From contig OZ245020.1 in the NCBI GenBank assembly GCA_965223865.1, forward strand, positions 1,312,001-1,376,000: a stretch of DNA of 64,000 nucleotides. Reading direction: 5' to 3'. The notes under the pieces are model-generated. The model did not search any database. It saw nothing but the letters and a program-made list of their open reading frames with translations, and had not been told where the DNA came from. Below, one piece after another: positions 21,035 through 29,663 of this stretch. Each line of letters begins with the position of its first letter. Positions within the stretch are counted from its first letter, which is position 1. The position numbers were made by a program, and so were the translations under genes. Source of the DNA: Nitrosarchaeum sp. GTDB lineage: Archaea > Thermoproteota > Nitrososphaeria > Nitrososphaerales > Nitrosopumilaceae.

Positions 21035-21928
21035 TTACAATTTTCCTTTCATTGCCAATACATTAACAATATCTGATTTTGTTATAATCCCTACTAGTTT
21101 TTTACCTCTCATGACTGGAATACCACTAATACCATGTCTTATCATTAGTATGGCTGCAGTATACACCACATCATCTGCATATACCACAAATGGATTTTTT
21201 GTCATAATATCACTTGCAGAAAAAGTTAGCATATAGCTTAGTCTATTTATGTTAAATTCATTTAATTGTGGATTTTGTGATATTTCTGCTCTTTCTGAGG
21301 GATTTGTGAATTCTTTGTAGGCCTCAAAGGTTTTTGCAGGTACAAAATCACGATAAGTAATAATTCCTACTGGGTGATTGTTTTTTTCTACAACTACTCT
21401 ACTTATGTTATTGTTGAACAAAATACTTTGAACCTCAAATAGTGATTCCTTTGGAGAAACAGTGATCACTTTTTTTGTCATAATTTTAGAGACATTCAAT
21501 GATGCAGTACTTTGAACTAGAAAAGTTGAAACTAGATCTGTCTTAGTTACAACCCCTACAAGTTCTTGGGAGTCATTTATAATTATAGAACTAATACCGT
21601 GTTTTTTCATTAATTTTGCACATTCATAAATTGATGAATCATAATGCATGGTGATTAGATTTTTTGACATTATGTTGCCAACTGAAATTTTTGCTAATGG
21701 TTTTCCGCTAAACACTGAAATGCTTTTGGCAATATCTTTTTCAGTAACTATCCCGACAGCTCTTCTGCCAGACTTTATAATCACTCTCCCAATTTTAAAT
21801 CTCAATAAAACATCTCTTGCTTCTAAGATACTCGTATTTGGGGTAACTATTATTGGAATTTTAATAATAGATTTTAGATTCACAGGAATATCTGCTAAAA
21901 TTTTTTGTTTTCTTTTCATCAATATCAA
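21035..21928 (-). CDS. CBS-domain protein (four CBS repeats)
   Basis: Repeated VGI(V/I)T..D and IM(S/T)K motifs. Confidence 0.9.
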   Translation of the reverse strand: MILMKRKQKILADIPVNLKSIIKIPIIVTPNTSILEARDVLLRFKIGRVIIKSGRRAVGIVTEKDIAKSISVFSGKPLAKISVGNIMSKNLITMHYDSSIYECAKLMKKHGISSIIINDSQELVGVVTKTDLVSTFLVQSTASLNVSKIMTKKVITVSPKESLFEVQSILFNNNISRVVVEKNNHPVGIITYRDFVPAKTFEAYKEFTNPSERAEISQNPQLNEFNINRLSYMLTFSASDIMTKNPFVVYADDVVYTAAILMIRHGISGIPVMRGKKLVGIITKSDIVNVLAMKGKL

Positions 21929-22018
21929 AAAAATTCGTATCTATATCAATAACAGATAAAATATCAACATTGAAAATCATATCTTGTATTAAAATTAAAA
22001 AAATTAGCTGACACTTTT

Positions 22019-22255
22019 TTATTAGATTTCTTTAAGATTAACGCAAATACTCCTGATTGTAAATATATTCCACCATTTCCTTTCCGAACAAAATCAGAGA
22101 TTATTTTTCCGTCTGGAGAATTTGAAATGTACGTTACATTACAAGAACTTCAAGCCTGCAAAGATTCAAACTTTTACAGGATTCTTGAAGGATATCAATT
22201 ATACCAAATTCTGATATTTATCCATATAACTAATTTATACAAAATTTGTGCGTGA
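22019..22255 (+). pseudogene. relic of a protein-primed family B DNA polymerase (casposon/virus type)
   Basis: Startless frame LLDFFKINANTPDCKYIPPFPFRTKSEIIFPSGEFEMYVTLQELQAC...YRILEGYQ, continuing after a frameshift as IPNSDIYPYN*FIQNL; resembles the P.(L/F)P.R....FP.G.F....T..EL..A and F..FI..LY segments of protein-primed PolB. Confidence 0.65.
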
Positions 22256-22432
22256 TAACCATATCAAAATGGAAATCATACCGTATTCGTGCGTGTCAAA
22301 ACCTTATGATTCAATGGTTTTACTCGTGAGATTATTCTATTTGGTTTTGAGGTGTTGGTATAAGGTAAATGGTGCTGCAATGATCTTTACATTTTAAATT
22401 ATTTTCATTAATTCAAGAACTATCTGAAAAAA

Positions 22433-22591
22433 CTATTTGGTACTCAATCCTTTTTTCAGAACAAGATTCACTACGTATGAAAAACTGATATTTCTTTTAG
22501 TCTTCTTTATCATGTTAGCTTGTATTTCTCGAAGCTTGTCTTCAAGTTCTTTATCCATCATAATGGAAAGTCTATTGATTTTTTCATTCAT
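22433..22591 (-). CDS. small ribbon-helix-helix-like protein (52 aa, not in ORF track)
   Basis: MNEKINRLSIMMDKELEDKLREIQANMIKKTKRNISFSYVVNLVLKKGL; strand-helix-helix pattern typical of a thaumarchaeal family. Confidence 0.7.
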   Translation of the reverse strand: MNEKINRLSIMMDKELEDKLREIQANMIKKTKRNISFSYVVNLVLKKGLSTK

Positions 22592-22629
22592 TTTTTGTGT
22601 TTTCTCCTAAAAAAGAAAAAGAAAGAGTA

Positions 22630-23150
22630 CTAGTAATCCAGAATGACATCTGCATCACTTAGTACTTTTTGTAGTCTTGGCATAAGTGGATGACCATCCA
22701 CTTCAATTCCAGTCATAAGATCCTCAACACCAGAGTTCACAATACAGTGCTGGCAGGCTATCACTCTGCCGCCATCCTCTATGAATGCTTTGAGGGTGTC
22801 ATGTCCTACCTTTAGTTCAGGGGGATGTTGATTGTCTGCAAGAACAGGAGAATTTACATCCAAAAATATGACCACTTCCTTTCCTGCCTCTTGGAATGCC
22901 TTTGCATGTTGCACTCCCATCATTGCAGCATGACTCTCATAGCTACTGTTAGGATCACCAGTTGTTAGATGAACAAGGTAGTCTTTTCTGAATCCATCAT
23001 TACTGAGGCTGGAATAAAACCCGATATTCCACCAGTTACAGCGTCTGCCGATTGCTGTGATGCAGGAAAAGCAGTAACGGCAACCAGAAATATGGCCGCA
23101 AAGACTGGAATTGCAACTGAATATTTCAGTACATTATTACTCATTGGCAT
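22630..23150 (-). pseudogene. secreted DsrE-like protein split by a 1-nt frameshift
   Basis: ORF 22965-23150 (signal peptide) joins ORF 22630-22923 via DYLVHLTTGDP if one A is added to the GAAAAG run near 22985; VVIFLD and IAC..C DsrE motifs. Confidence 0.75.
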
Positions 23151-23205
23151 TATAATGACATAATGTTAAAAAACAAAATTGGTGACTTCGTCTAATGTAC
23201 CAATA

Positions 23206-23715
23206 TTATAGTGCCAGAAAAATATCCTCTGAATGTTCCTTTTTGCTGTCAAGCAATTTTGAAAACTCTTTTCTGAAGGTGTGTTTTAGCAGTCCCATAT
23301 TTTTTATTTTATAGAATACTTTGCCGTCTTTTCTGTATTTTTCAACTACCTCATTTTTTATCAATTCAGAGAGATTCCACGAAACAGTAGAGGGGCTCTT
23401 GTCAATCTTTGATACAATCTTTGATACAATCTCTTTGAAGGTGGGTTTGCCATTTACTATTATTTGTAACAAAATTTTCTTTTTTGTAGGCTTTCGCAGA
23501 TTTCTGATAATGTCAAATTCTTCCTCATCAACATTCAAAGAATAGTACCGCTTGTACCTCGTATATTTTTTTGATTTTATTTTTCCATCTTTTTCCAATT
23601 TGTCAAGATAATGGACAACAACTCCATTTTCTAGACCTGTTTCCTTGATCAATCCCCTTACATGAATTCCAGGATTATCCTTAATGATCTCCAATATGAG
23701 ATTTGGTCTTTTCAA
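23206..23715 (-). CDS. tandem winged-helix transcriptional regulator
   Basis: NPGIH.R.L...TGL.NG...HYL and KSPSTVSWNLSEL wHTH repeats. Confidence 0.85.
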   Translation of the reverse strand: MKRPNLILEIIKDNPGIHVRGLIKETGLENGVVVHYLDKLEKDGKIKSKKYTRYKRYYSLNVDEEEFDIIRNLRKPTKKKILLQIIVNGKPTFKEIVSKIVSKIDKSPSTVSWNLSELIKNEVVEKYRKDGKVFYKIKNMGLLKHTFRKEFSKLLDSKKEHSEDIFLAL

Positions 23716-23743
23716 TCTAGGCTTTGTTGCTGTGTGTTAATAT

Positions 23744-23872
23744 CTAAGATTTTTGATGTATCTTGTGTCTGGTTCCATCTTCATGAATACATTCATCTCC
23801 AACATGGCGATGATTTTCATGTCCTTTGTGCTTGTGATGTTCCTGATCTTCGCAGTCACATGCTTTTTCCAA
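23744..23872 (-). CDS. His/Cys-rich micro-protein (42 aa, not in ORF track)
   Basis: TTG start; MEKACDCEDQEHHKHKGHENHRHVGDECIHEDGTRHKIHQKS; co-oriented just upstream of the wHTH gene. Confidence 0.6.
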   Translation of the reverse strand: MEKACDCEDQEHHKHKGHENHRHVGDECIHEDGTRHKIHQKS

Positions 23873-24048
23873 CACTAAAAAATGCTAAATTCGCCATTAA
23901 TAATTAAAATATAATTTTCAACAATGAAAAAATACTTAAAAAAAAATATATGAAATGCCAAAATCTGATAACAGTTTTAGTATATTCAAATTCGATAAAC
24001 TCACCAATTTCTTTTTGTTTTGTTTTTGGTAAGTAACAATGAAGAAAA

Positions 24049-24369
24049 ATGAATTCTCAACAGAAAGAAAAGAAAATGCCATGGAAATGGTATGTTGGAT
24101 TTGTGTTGGCGGGGTTGGCCATATTGATGATGGTCACAATTGCTCCTATCTGGCACTGGTTTCCAGTAGAAATTACAGAACAAGGAACAGTACTGGCAAT
24201 AGTTGAGAAAGGATGTGTTATTCAAACACCATCAGTATCAATGCCAGTGATTCAAGAATGCAGTGCACAGCCAGGAGAAGTCATTGATGTGACATATTTT
24301 GTTCCATCAAAAGTAACAAGCGGTTACTTTGAGAGAATGCAAGAAAGAGCAGCACTAGTCCAACCATAA
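24049..24369 (+). CDS. membrane-anchored hypothetical protein (paralog of 31077-31394)
   Basis: Single TM helix then GCV..T ... C...PG..I motif. Confidence 0.75.
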   Translation: MNSQQKEKKMPWKWYVGFVLAGLAILMMVTIAPIWHWFPVEITEQGTVLAIVEKGCVIQTPSVSMPVIQECSAQPGEVIDVTYFVPSKVTSGYFERMQERAALVQP

Positions 24370-24623
24370 TATTTTTTTGAATTTTCATAAGGATGATTTT
24401 CAAACCAGGATGAAATTAACATTATTCTCAAATTTGGTGTTGTTCACAGATAGACCTGTCATTTTCTTTGTCGAATTTACAAATCATTTCGTCAATACTA
24501 CATCACACAATGAACATTTTGTATCTTTTTCGCTGTGACAGATATGGTTTTGTCATTTTAAACACTGATTTTTAAATAGACTAGTGTACATGCATTATCA
24601 AATATAAAAAAGAAAAAATGTTC

Positions 24624-25190
24624 CTATCCTCCTGTGACAGGGAATATATGAACATGCATACTTTTGTGTGTGTAAATGTGACCCATGCCATTTAGCGGAA
24701 CATCAACAGTTGCAGATCCAGACCATCCGCCTTCAACAATTCCAGTACCTACTAAATCACCAGCTCCTGCAGATACTGAAATCTTTTGGTTGACTCCATT
24801 ACCTCCAACATTTACTTCCTTGAGGGTAACTCTCAGGGCTTTCTCGTTTACTGGTTCTACATTAGAAATCTTCACACCAACAACTGAGGACATTGCCTTG
24901 TAGTACGGCTCACAGTAATGCGGGGGCATGTCTCCACCCATGTGGCATTGCTGATGAACTGTTCCAGGTCCATAAAATACTCCATGTCTACTTGGACCTC
25001 CACCACTGCCCATCATTCCGCTAGAGCTGCCATCTCCACCACCGTGACTCATTCCTCCACCAGAGCCTCCACCTCCTCCCATTCCACCCATCTGGGCTTC
25101 AACAGAAGAAAAGTCAGACGTGAATACAAGCGCAGATGACACAATCACTCCTGCAATGATTCCAATCAAAAGGCCTCGATTGATATTCAT
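24624..25190 (-). CDS. secreted Gly/Met/His-rich protein
   Basis: Signal peptide, low-complexity MGGMGGGGG tract, CHM....PHYCEP motif. Confidence 0.75.
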   Translation of the reverse strand: MNINRGLLIGIIAGVIVSSALVFTSDFSSVEAQMGGMGGGGGSGGGMSHGGGDGSSSGMMGSGGGPSRHGVFYGPGTVHQQCHMGGDMPPHYCEPYYKAMSSVVGVKISNVEPVNEKALRVTLKEVNVGGNGVNQKISVSAGAGDLVGTGIVEGGWSGSATVDVPLNGMGHIYTHKSMHVHIFPVTGG

Positions 25191-25317
25191 TGGTTATGAG
25201 AAAGAATATTGTAATTTAACTCACAAACCAGATTGTCACTTTTGATTTTCATATCTCAAAATCATATTTTTTGGAAAATTTCTCTGAATTATTCAAAAAA
25301 AGGTCAAATGAGTGGTC

Positions 25318-25331
25318 CTTATCTATACCCC
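25318..25331 (-). repeat. variant terminal-repeat end of a second (older) element
   Basis: Minus strand reads GGGGTATAGATAAG versus GGGGATATAGTTAAG (1 gap, 1 mismatch); directly abuts the 14-bp direct repeat. Confidence 0.65.
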
Positions 25332-25345
25332 ATACACGTTGTGCT
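25332..25345. repeat. target-site duplication, left copy
   Basis: ATACACGTTGTGCT, identical to 37069-37082. Confidence 0.92.
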
Positions 25346-25384
25346 GGGGATATAGTTAAGCAGTAATTTATCAGACCCACGTGG
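25346..25384 (+). repeat. left terminal inverted repeat
   Basis: GGGGATATAGTTAAG-N14-ACCCACGTGG. Confidence 0.9.
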
Positions 25385-25490
25385 TAGTATTTTTAATTCA
25401 GAAATTATTTCAAGTATATTTTGAGATGTTTTAACAATTAAAACATAGATCCATCTATTTACTAGCGTGGTTTAGCCCACACATACAAAA

Positions 25491-26426
25491 ATGGATAAAA
25501 ATCTAATTGCGGGAATTCTCATAATCACAAGTCCAATCCTTGCTGCATTTGCCATGTTTCCTGACAGTTTTGATATGAGTTGGAATCAGGGAAGGGGAGA
25601 CTTTCTCTTTGCACTTGTGTTTGTGGTTGCAGAGCTTGTTGGACTAAAAATCATCATCTCTAAAAAGAGACTCATTCTTGCGGTTCCGTTTGTAGCTGCA
25701 ATGATCTCATATGTGATTGGACTGGAGTTTGGAATAAGAGAATATTTGTTGGAATCATCCAAGACATTTGACATACAGTTAGTGGATTCCTGGATACAGA
25801 TGTGGGACTTTGTACTGATGGCACTGTTCATAACTGCAGTTCTGAGTGTCTATTTTGGTACAAGATGGATAAGAATTGCACCTGCTGCTCCCATATTTCT
25901 GGGAGGTTCTGCAATCATTCTTTCACTGGATGCATTTTTCCCGTATGACACACTAGGACCATTACAGTATGTGGTACCTTTTCTGGTGCAGACAAATGTC
26001 TGGTTAGTATCCGTGTTTGATTTGGGTACGGCAGTTGCGCGAGATAACCTAATGTTTCTAAAGGGTGATTTTGGTTCCATGGCACTACAGGTGTTCTGGC
26101 CATCTGCAGGCGTTCACAGTGTCGTCATCTACTCCCTTGTCATGGGTGCATTCTTGCTAAAAATGAACATTCCACGAAATAGAAAATCTGCCTACTTTGC
26201 ATTAGGAATTGCAGGCACCATTGGAGTCAATGTAATCAGAATCTTTTCTCTTTCGTGGTATGCCCTAAAGGTGACAACAGATACAGAAAAATGGGAGGCT
26301 TTCCATGACATTGCAGGCAGCATAATGTTCTTGCCGTGGCTGTTTGTATTTTTGTTCATAGTAATTCTCGTTGAAACCAGAAGAATGAAAAAAACAGAAC
26401 AGATTGAATCTAAAATAACACCATGA
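25491..26426 (+). CDS. artG: thaumarchaeosortase (archaeosortase/exosortase family)
   Basis: Polytopic membrane protein with FWPSAGVHS (Ser at the catalytic Cys position), N..RI and FH motifs. Confidence 0.88.
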   Translation: MDKNLIAGILIITSPILAAFAMFPDSFDMSWNQGRGDFLFALVFVVAELVGLKIIISKKRLILAVPFVAAMISYVIGLEFGIREYLLESSKTFDIQLVDSWIQMWDFVLMALFITAVLSVYFGTRWIRIAPAAPIFLGGSAIILSLDAFFPYDTLGPLQYVVPFLVQTNVWLVSVFDLGTAVARDNLMFLKGDFGSMALQVFWPSAGVHSVVIYSLVMGAFLLKMNIPRNRKSAYFALGIAGTIGVNVIRIFSLSWYALKVTTDTEKWEAFHDIAGSIMFLPWLFVFLFIVILVETRRMKKTEQIESKITP

Positions 26427-26468
26427 TATTTTTAAGTATATTTTAAAAAAAAATAGAATTTTAGTTGA

Positions 26469-26669
26469 CTATACATAGTTTCTCTTATCATCTACAGGGT
26501 CTGGTTGCTCATCTAAGGAAGATCTAAATGTGAAACCACAAGAATTGCACTTGCCCAACCAAAAATATTCTGCATAAATATCTGATACCATCACACCGGT
26601 CCAGTTTCCACTAAAAACAATATCGTTACTTTTGCATTTTGGACATAATGATGATTCAATAGTTTTCAT
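26469..26669 (-). CDS. Zn-ribbon hypothetical protein
   Basis: CPKC ... CNSCG. Confidence 0.65.
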   Translation of the reverse strand: MKTIESSLCPKCKSNDIVFSGNWTGVMVSDIYAEYFWLGKCNSCGFTFRSSLDEQPDPVDDKRNYV

Positions 26670-26686
26670 TCTCTACTATCTTTCTA

Positions 26687-27082
26687 TTAGTCAGTCTCAA
26701 GATGAGAACTAAATTCGTCAGAAACCATGTGTTTCCAATTTTCTATTGTATCGAGACATATACTTTCTATAAGGTATTGTCGATTTTCATCCATGGTCAA
26801 TTCTTTATCTTCAATTTTTTCTAGTGATTCCAGGGTTTTGATGTTTTCTTCAAAATACAAAGCACATGAATCATGTATCTTTTCTGAATCCTTAGCGGCA
26901 GTTATTATTTTGTCCAGTTCCTCCAAGTTTTTTGCATTAGATACTTTCTCAAGATATTCTTCCAAAGTCATGACATTATTTGTAGACAGTTTGTTCATCA
27001 ATACAAAATTGTCCACATAGACAAAAAATGATCCAAATCCCACAATTCCAATCAAGATAATTATCAAAACTATAGGTTTCAT
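26687..27082 (-). CDS. membrane-anchored hypothetical protein
   Basis: N-terminal TM helix, acidic helical domain with two Cys. Confidence 0.65.
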   Translation of the reverse strand: MKPIVLIIILIGIVGFGSFFVYVDNFVLMNKLSTNNVMTLEEYLEKVSNAKNLEELDKIITAAKDSEKIHDSCALYFEENIKTLESLEKIEDKELTMDENRQYLIESICLDTIENWKHMVSDEFSSHLETD

Positions 27083-27095
27083 TTTCTTTCTTCTA

Positions 27096-28091
27096 TCAAG
27101 GGATTAAACTCAAAATATGCTCTGCAGTCTCTTTGTTTTGTATTATGTTCATGTGATTTGTTCCCTCAATAACTACATGCTTTCCTTTATTGGATAAATC
27201 TGCTAACTCTTTACCCAAGAACATGTGCATTTCCCTTCTTTCATTTTCTGACATTTCTACCTCAGGCATATTGTTAAAATCCATCTCAGAGGCAGACATA
27301 GAAACAATTGGTAATGTTCCTCTTGGATAGTGAGCATGTTTTGTTTGTTCCAATGATTGCTCAAGATAGTTAACTTCTGATCTTATCGCATCAAAAGGAG
27401 GATTCCATGTGAAAAAATACTTGTACGTTTTTTGTGTGTCTTCATCAATTACATCTGAAGTGTTTTCAACAAAACCACCTAGTAAAGTCAAGATGCCAAG
27501 CTTGACGATGGCCTCTTCTATCCAGAAAGCAGACAGCAGTTCATGGTGTGTGCGATATATCTCATCTTTGTATTCTTGGCCAAAGTGATGATACTGATTG
27601 TAATGGCTTGAATCGATAAAGGCAATGCCTGCAACATCTTCTTCATGTTCTGCGCTGTAAATTAGGCTTACAGCACCTCCTAAGGAATGCCCTGCAAGAA
27701 TCAGAGGCCCTTTAATCTCGGCAGTGCTGAGTAGTTGATGCAATTCATCGGACATGTTTTTGGCATGTGCTGGTTCATTGTTTTGTCCACTCCATCCGTT
27801 TCCTGCGCGATCATAGGTGCAAGTGTGCACAGATTTGGACAATTCCTCCTGTAGATCGTAATACAAGGGACTCTGAACTCCCAGCCCTGCAATTATTACA
27901 ACAGTTGGTTGTTTGTCATTTTCTGGACCTGTACAATACAGGTGCATATCCATACCGTTAACCGAGTAGATTTTTCCAGGAGGATCGATTATTGGGACAC
28001 TATAATTGGCAATTTGTCCTGCGATGATAACACTGCCAATTAAAATGGCAACACCAACCCCAAAATATTTGAAAAATCTCTTAACTTGCAT
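27096..28091 (-). CDS. alpha/beta hydrolase, N-terminally anchored
   Basis: YDRAG.GWS, GHSLGG nucleophile elbow, C-terminal H (TNHM). Confidence 0.9.
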   Translation of the reverse strand: MQVKRFFKYFGVGVAILIGSVIIAGQIANYSVPIIDPPGKIYSVNGMDMHLYCTGPENDKQPTVVIIAGLGVQSPLYYDLQEELSKSVHTCTYDRAGNGWSGQNNEPAHAKNMSDELHQLLSTAEIKGPLILAGHSLGGAVSLIYSAEHEEDVAGIAFIDSSHYNQYHHFGQEYKDEIYRTHHELLSAFWIEEAIVKLGILTLLGGFVENTSDVIDEDTQKTYKYFFTWNPPFDAIRSEVNYLEQSLEQTKHAHYPRGTLPIVSMSASEMDFNNMPEVEMSENERREMHMFLGKELADLSNKGKHVVIEGTNHMNIIQNKETAEHILSLIP

Positions 28092-28237
28092 GGTTTTCTT
28101 TCTTGTCTAACCTCTTGTGTCAAATGGGAAGTTCATAAATTCTTCTGATACTTTATACATGTGAAAAAGCAAATAATTTGAGAGGCATTAGTCAAGCAGA
28201 TTACAAGTTAAAACAAACCCAGTTTCTGTGAATCTTT

Positions 28238-28519
28238 CTAGAATGTTTTTGTTTTTTTCAGGAAAACCGAGATTACAATCATGTTTACTGCAGCAGCAGT
28301 AACAGATGAAATCAGAGATGCCAAGTATGCCTCAACATCAACCTCAAGAAAATAATACAAAGTAACCCATCTGACCACAAGATAAACTATCTCACCTACT
28401 CCAAACGAGAATGTCATTTTGATAATTTCTCTTCTGATTAGACTTGATTCCATCTGCCTCATGATCAAGTTTGCAGAGTAATTCCTAATTATACTGAGCA
28501 AGCCTACAATGATCCTCAC
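28238..28519 (-). pseudogene. C-terminal fragment of a membrane protein
   Basis: Two-TM ORF beginning abruptly at the junction with an opposite-strand gene fragment at 28520. Confidence 0.45.
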
Positions 28520-28643
28520 ATGTACAGTTCAGATCCCGAAATGCAACTATATGAGTTTAGACAAGAATTTGGAGATTCATGGGCAGGTGGACACTGATGA
28601 AAAAGAAGATGTACTGAAAGTATGCAAGTTTAAGGAAACTTAG
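28520..28643 (+). pseudogene. fragment paralogous to 32043-32345
   Basis: YSSDPEMQLYEFRQEFGDSWAGGH/frameshift/DEKEDVLKVCKFKET; nucleotide similarity to ~32215-32325. Confidence 0.75.
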
Positions 28644-28669
28644 CGGTTTTAATTTTTAGAACAAATTAG

Positions 28670-28912
28670 TCACTCATTTGGCTCAACAGGAGTCATTCCG
28701 ACATCATTTTCATATACTGGAATTTCATCAGGTGATGAGTTTCCTTCATACAATGGGATTTCTGAGATTCCAGGATATCCTGAAGGAGAAATATTTTCTA
28801 TGAAATGGCCAGAAGAGCCAAGATGAATCCCATAACCCGCATAGTTAAAAATCACTAGTCCCAAAAATACAATTCCAACTCCAATTACAATCAGCCGAAT
28901 AGCTTTTGGCAT
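28670..28912 (-). CDS. membrane-anchored hypothetical protein
   Basis: N-terminal TM helix; repeated EIP.YE. Confidence 0.6.
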   Translation of the reverse strand: MPKAIRLIVIGVGIVFLGLVIFNYAGYGIHLGSSGHFIENISPSGYPGISEIPLYEGNSSPDEIPVYENDVGMTPVEPNE

Positions 28913-28967
28913 GGTTTTTCTTGGATTTTCAGACTCATAAGGACTGCTGACCTTTACTGAGATAAAA

Positions 28968-29513
28968 TTAGATATTATTTGGATTTGACTTTCTCAACAA
29001 GACTCCTGTCAATCCCATAATTCCAACTAACCATACAGAATTAGAAATGATATTTTCTGGATTATTGTACATGAATGGAATGGCATCATGCAGGTTTGCT
29101 TTAATCATATTCGCTCTGTTATGAAGGTCCATCAAGCCGGTATGGTATGCAGAAGAATCTTCTGGAAGAATGGAAATTTTATCAGTACTTTTCAGCATAC
29201 TATCGACATCGTTCTGTATTCTAAGAAAGTTTGTGGACTCTGATGGGAATATCCAAACAGGGTTTTTTGAAATTACAATACCATTGGGATTAGTAGTTTC
29301 AGGAAGCCTGTTCATTACAAAATCCAGGCTGGTTTTGAGGTTCAATAGGAGATTTTCAATCAGTTCAGGATTAGAAGACTCCTCAATTTCATTTAAGTAC
29401 GATAAGCTTGATTCTATTGGAATATTTGCACTTTGATAAGAGGCACCTGCAAAAGAACTTCCAACAATTATTAGAATTGAAAAATAAATAATTTGTTTAT
29501 CGGAAGTCTCCAT
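28968..29513 (-). CDS. two-TM hypothetical protein (paralog of 36259-36831)
   Basis: NPVWIFP..STNF.RIQ and DSSAYH motifs shared with 36259-36831. Confidence 0.75.
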   Translation of the reverse strand: METSDKQIIYFSILIIVGSSFAGASYQSANIPIESSLSYLNEIEESSNPELIENLLLNLKTSLDFVMNRLPETTNPNGIVISKNPVWIFPSESTNFLRIQNDVDSMLKSTDKISILPEDSSAYHTGLMDLHNRANMIKANLHDAIPFMYNNPENIISNSVWLVGIMGLTGVLLRKSNPNNI

Positions 29514-29663
29514 GCGTGTTTTTTGGGATTCAATTTTATTATATTTTCCTAGGCGGTTTGCACGTCAAATACTGTTTACCGAGTATTGGCTCATGGGATT
29601 CGCCTCCTTTTTGGAGTCAAAAATGGACACAAATAGACACAAAATGATAATTTTTTGTAAAAA

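Noticed and set aside
22237-22253. ATACAAAATTTGTGCGT as a possible third, degenerate target repeat
   Set aside because: Needs gaps and mismatches, is not followed by a GGGG end, and is explained by the PolB relic codons (IQNL)
24370-24560. Cys-rich degraded frame on the minus strand
   Set aside because: Several stops and shifts and no recognisable family; too weak to call
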